A model generated the notes under the pieces. It saw only the letters and a program-made list of their open reading frames with translations. It ran no database searches and was not told where the DNA came from. A stretch of DNA of 53,246 nt from Elusimicrobiota bacterium (lineage in GTDB: Bacteria; Elusimicrobiota; UBA8919), in contig JACRDL010000009.1 in assembly GCA_016218625.1 (NCBI GenBank), positions 1-53,246 on the forward strand, read 5' to 3'. The translations under genes and the position numbers were made by a program. Below, piece after piece: positions 49,613 through 53,246 of this stretch. Each line of letters opens with the position of its first letter. Position 1 is the stretch's first letter.

Positions 49613-50878
49613 TTGATTGGTCCGAAAATCTACGAAAAAGTAATTGTTTTTTTATTATTCTGCAATATGGGGTGGGCAGAAATGGTTAATCCCATTAGAA
49701 ATCTCAAATCTAATGAGGAACGAGTTAATTCCAAAAAATATTTACATAATTCCGACGGTATGTCTAACGGGGTAAATATTCAATTTACTGTAAAAGTTCC
49801 AAGTTATACTGTCAAGGACGATTCTGTTTTTATATCAGGGAATATTCCTGAATTTGGTAATTGGGATCCCGGAAAAATCAAATTAGACAAGGCGGGTGAT
49901 TTTACTTATCAGAAAAAATTTTCTCTGCCGAAAGATATAAAAACAGAATTCAAATTCACCCGTGGAAACTGGGAAATGGTTGAGAAAGGAAAAGATGGGG
50001 AGGAATTGTCAAATAGAGAAATGACAATCGTGAAGGACGAAAAAATTGAATTCACCATTCTAAATTGGGCTGATAATATAAAAATTGAGAAGAAACATAC
50101 TTTAACGGGGAATATAAAATTTCACGAGAATTTTCATTCCAAAAAATTAAATAACAAAAGGAGTATTATCGTTTATCTTCCACCGGATTATGAAAAAAAT
50201 ATAAAAAAGATATACCCAGTTCTTTATATGCACGATGGCCAGAATATATTTGATTCTGCAACTTCTTTTACAGGTATTGAGTGGGCGGTTGATGAAACGG
50301 TTGAAAAACTGATTTCAGAGAGTAAAATTAAAGAGATTATCATTGTCGGGATTTACAATAATTCTGACAGAGTAAAAGAATATACCCCTTACCCTGATAA
50401 AAAACATGGCGGAGGTGATGCCGATAAATATGCTGATTTCATAATAAATGACTTAAAACCGTTTATTGACAAAACATACAGAACACTCCAAGACAGAAAC
50501 AATACCGCAATTATGGGTTCGTCCCTCGGCGGGATTGTATCACTTTATATTATATGGAAATACCCTGAAATATTCTCAATGAGCGGTGTTGTCTCCCCTG
50601 CTCTATGGTGGGCTGATTACAAGATTTTTGACGAGATAAAAAAATCACCGAAGAAAAAGATTAAGATATATTTTGATATGGGAACGAAAGAAGGAGATAC
50701 TATGGAGAGTTTCAATTCAGCAATTTCTGATGTAAGAAAACTCCATGATATTTTAATTAAGCAGGGCTTTGTTTTGGGAAAAGATTTGGAATATTTTGAG
50801 GATGAAGGTGCTGTTCACAACGAATCTGCTTGGGCAAAAAGAGTTCATAAACCACTCCTCTTCTTCTTCGGCAAGTAA
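49613..50878 (+). CDS. Exported CBM20-like plus alpha/beta-hydrolase (putative esterase)
   Basis: FISGN..GNW..EFKFTRG, VYLPP, YMHDGQN, GSSLGG, HNE..W. Confidence 0.85.
   Translation: MIGPKIYEKVIVFLLFCNMGWAEMVNPIRNLKSNEERVNSKKYLHNSDGMSNGVNIQFTVKVPSYTVKDDSVFISGNIPEFGNWDPGKIKLDKAGDFTYQKKFSLPKDIKTEFKFTRGNWEMVEKGKDGEELSNREMTIVKDEKIEFTILNWADNIKIEKKHTLTGNIKFHENFHSKKLNNKRSIIVYLPPDYEKNIKKIYPVLYMHDGQNIFDSATSFTGIEWAVDETVEKLISESKIKEIIIVGIYNNSDRVKEYTPYPDKKHGGGDADKYADFIINDLKPFIDKTYRTLQDRNNTAIMGSSLGGIVSLYIIWKYPEIFSMSGVVSPALWWADYKIFDEIKKSPKKKIKIYFDMGTKEGDTMESFNSAISDVRKLHDILIKQGFVLGKDLEYFEDEGAVHNESAWAKRVHKPLLFFFGK
49690..49776. mobile_element. Miniature CCC.TTAGA..TCTAACGGG insert, in frame in the esterase
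   Basis: ttaa|tcccattaga..tctaacgggg|taaa; 87 nt. Confidence 0.75.
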
Positions 50879-50926
50879 AATTCTATTGGGAAATGACACC
50901 CAGACATTTTCAACGCTCTCTATGAA

Positions 50927-50956
50927 AAGCGGTTTTTTGAAAAAAACGCTTTTTTT
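50927..50956. terminator. Possible intrinsic terminator
   Basis: aaaagcggttttttgaaaaaaaacgcttttttt. Confidence 0.5.
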
Positions 50957-50957
50957 A

Positions 50958-50986
50958 TTGCAATTTTTTTAATTGTTTTGTATAAT
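50958..50986 (+). promoter_or_regulatory. Sigma70 promoter for hisG-gltX
   Basis: TTGCAA-17-TATAAT. Confidence 0.65.
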
Positions 50987-51013
50987 AAAACTGTCAGAAA
51001 TTTGGAGGCAAAA

Positions 51014-51886
51014 ATGAACAAGTTAAAATTAGGATTGCCGAAAGGAAGTTTACAGGAATCAACATTTGAACTTTTTAAGAAAGCGGGGATAAAAATTTAT
51101 ACATCCGACCGTTCATATTTTCCGTCATCTGACGACGAGGAACTTGAAATTATGCTTGTTCGTTCTCAGGAGATGGCAAAATATGTTGAGGACGGCGTTT
51201 TTGATTGCGGAATTACTGGCTACGATTGGATAAGTGAATCGGGTGCGGATGTAAAAGAAATTTGCGAACTTCTGTATGCAAAAAGTGGTTTTCGTCCGGT
51301 AAGATGGGTTCTTGCAGTACCAAATAATTCAAAGATTAAAAGATTGAAAGATTTAGCAGGAAAAAGAATTGCGACGGAACTTGTAAATGTCGTTAAAAAA
51401 TATCTGTTAAAAAACAAAGTGAAATCCGAGATTGAGTTTTCATGGGGTGCTACCGAAGCAAAAGTTCCCGTGCTTGTTGATGCAATTGTTGAATTAACGG
51501 AAACAGGTTCGTCTTTGAGAGCGAACAATCTTAAAATCATAGATGAAATTTTAACATCCACGACGCGGCTTATCGCGAATAAAAATTCCGTCAAAAACAA
51601 CTGGAAGAAAAAAAAGATTGAAAATCTGGCAATACTCTTAAAAGGCGCACTTGAAGCGTCAGGGATGGTCGGGCTCAAAATGAATCTTAAAGAGGGAAAT
51701 CTTGCTAAAATTATGAATGTACTTCCGGCACTTAAAAGACCGACGATTTCACAACTTACAATTCCCGGCTGGATGGCGATTGAAGTTATCATAGAAGAAA
51801 AAACTGTCAAAAAAATTATACCGGAATTAAAGCGCGCCGGAGCTGAAGGAATTATTGAATATCCGCTTAACAAGGTGATTTACTGA
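51014..51886 (+). CDS. hisG: ATP phosphoribosyltransferase, long form
   Basis: [25 protein letters not shown]-terminal regulatory domain; SD ggagg. Confidence 0.95.
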   Translation: MNKLKLGLPKGSLQESTFELFKKAGIKIYTSDRSYFPSSDDEELEIMLVRSQEMAKYVEDGVFDCGITGYDWISESGADVKEICELLYAKSGFRPVRWVLAVPNNSKIKRLKDLAGKRIATELVNVVKKYLLKNKVKSEIEFSWGATEAKVPVLVDAIVELTETGSSLRANNLKIIDEILTSTTRLIANKNSVKNNWKKKKIENLAILLKGALEASGMVGLKMNLKEGNLAKIMNVLPALKRPTISQLTIPGWMAIEVIIEEKTVKKIIPELKRAGAEGIIEYPLNKVIY

Positions 51887-53246
51887 TGGTTAGAGTTAGA
51901 TTTGCTCCGTCGCCTACGGGTTTTTTACATATCGGTGGTTTAAGAACCGCCTTATATAATTATTTATTTGCCAGGCATAACGGTGGTAAGTTTTTAATCC
52001 GCATAGAGGATACGGACAGAACCCGTTATGTGGAAGGTGCGATTGAAAAACTTTTTGAGATATTGAAATGGTGCGGTCTTGATTGCGATGAAGAGCCAGT
52101 TATTCAGTCGCAGCGGCTTGATATTTATAAAAAATATGCAAACGAACTTTTAGAAAAAGATTTAGCATATAGATGTTTTTGCACATCGGAGCGGCTTGAA
52201 GAGATGAGGAAGTTGCAAATTACCAAAAAACGACCGCCGAAATACGACGGCTTATGCCTTAAACTCTCAAAAGATGATTCCGAAAAACTCTCCAAAGAAA
52301 AACCTTTTACGGTAAGAATGAAAATGCCGCAGGATGAGATTAAATTCACTGATATTATCCGAGGCGAAATAAAATTTCACGGCTCTTTAATTGACGACCA
52401 GATTATATTAAAATCTGACGGCTATCCTACATATCATCTTGCAAATGTTGTGGACGACCATTTGATGAAAATAAGTCATGTTATCAGAGGCGAGGAGTGG
52501 CTTTCTTCTACCCCGAAACACATAATTTTATATAGATATTTCGGCTGGGCGCCGCCGCAATTTGCACATCTTCCTCTATTGTTAAATCCCGATAAATCCA
52601 AATTAAGTAAGAGGCAGGGCGATGTTGCGGTAGAAGATTATCAGGATAAAGGTTACCTGCCGGAGGCATTGTTAAATTATGTTGCGCTTCTTGGCTGGTC
52701 AACAGAGGATAGCCAGCAGATTTTTACAAGAGATGAACTTGTGAAAAAATTCTCGCTTGAAAGATGCGGAAAATCCGGCGCAATTTTTGATACCCAGAAA
52801 CTTTTGTGGATGAACGGCGAATACATAAGAAAAATGCCGGTTGAGGAACTTACACGACGGTCAATTCCGTTTTTGCAAAAAGTGGGATTTGACATAAATG
52901 ATTTTGAATTTTTGGAAAAGTGCATTTTGTTGGAGCATGACAAAATAAAACTTTTATCCGATGTTCCGCATCTTATTGACTTTTTTCTGAAAAATGATAT
53001 TATTTACGACGATAAAGCAGTAAATAAAGTTCTTAAAAAAGACGGCATAAATAAAATACTTACGGACATTGCCGACATTTATTCAAAAATAGAAAATTTT
53101 ACTGCGAAGGCAATTGAAATAGAGACAAGAAAATACGCCGAAGTTAATTCACTGAAAACATCCCAAATTTTTCATCCCGTGAGGGTTGCGGTTTCGGGAA
53201 GAACAGAAGGACCTTCGCTTTTTGAGATGATTGAACTTATCGGAAA
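51886..53246 (+). CDS. gltX: Glutamyl-tRNA synthetase, runs off the window end
   Basis: [34 protein letters not shown]; absent from the ORF track because no stop lies in the window. Confidence 0.95.
   Translation, partial: MVRVRFAPSPTGFLHIGGLRTALYNYLFARHNGGKFLIRIEDTDRTRYVEGAIEKLFEILKWCGLDCDEEPVIQSQRLDIYKKYANELLEKDLAYRCFCTSERLEEMRKLQITKKRPPKYDGLCLKLSKDDSEKLSKEKPFTVRMKMPQDEIKFTDIIRGEIKFHGSLIDDQIILKSDGYPTYHLANVVDDHLMKISHVIRGEEWLSSTPKHIILYRYFGWAPPQFAHLPLLLNPDKSKLSKRQGDVAVEDYQDKGYLPEALLNYVALLGWSTEDSQQIFTRDELVKKFSLERCGKSGAIFDTQKLLWMNGEYIRKMPVEELTRRSIPFLQKVGFDINDFEFLEKCILLEHDKIKLLSDVPHLIDFFLKNDIIYDDKAVNKVLKKDGINKILTDIADIYSKIENFTAKAIEIETRKYAEVNSLKTSQIFHPVRVAVSGRTEGPSLFEMIELIG

Overview
AT-rich bacterial chromosomal segment from a probably diderm anaerobe (LPS, Cus and Tad/Flp genes; Elusimicrobiota-like is my guess only). 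About 55 genes, all on the + strand. In order: a sulfur-carrier cluster (ThiS-CysK fusion, TusA, ThrC-like, MoaD/CysO, ThiF/MoeB, NIL protein, PP-loop protein); a TPP riboswitch with Cys-type thi4; bioBF(H)CDA; CsoR plus CusCBA-type efflux; waaF-like and waaA; a core MetE (MesB-like) next to cooC; tRNA-Lys; tilS-hpt-ftsH-folE-folP-cdaA-mini cdaR-glmM-pdxJ-glmS (one in-frame TAA); five tandem Flp pilins and three Tad pseudopilins; HAMP and GAF-HD-GYP proteins; rsmI, argC, argJ, tsaC, glyA, a wecA-like gene, an NCS2 permease, an esterase, hisG and gltX (partial). The most striking layer is a dense set of miniature non-coding hairpin and tandem-repeat elements from several families, with no transposase in the window. 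They nest inside each other, insert in frame into proteins (CooC, ArgC, esterase), rebuild the argJ start signal, supply stop codons, and accumulate in prepilin leader peptides.
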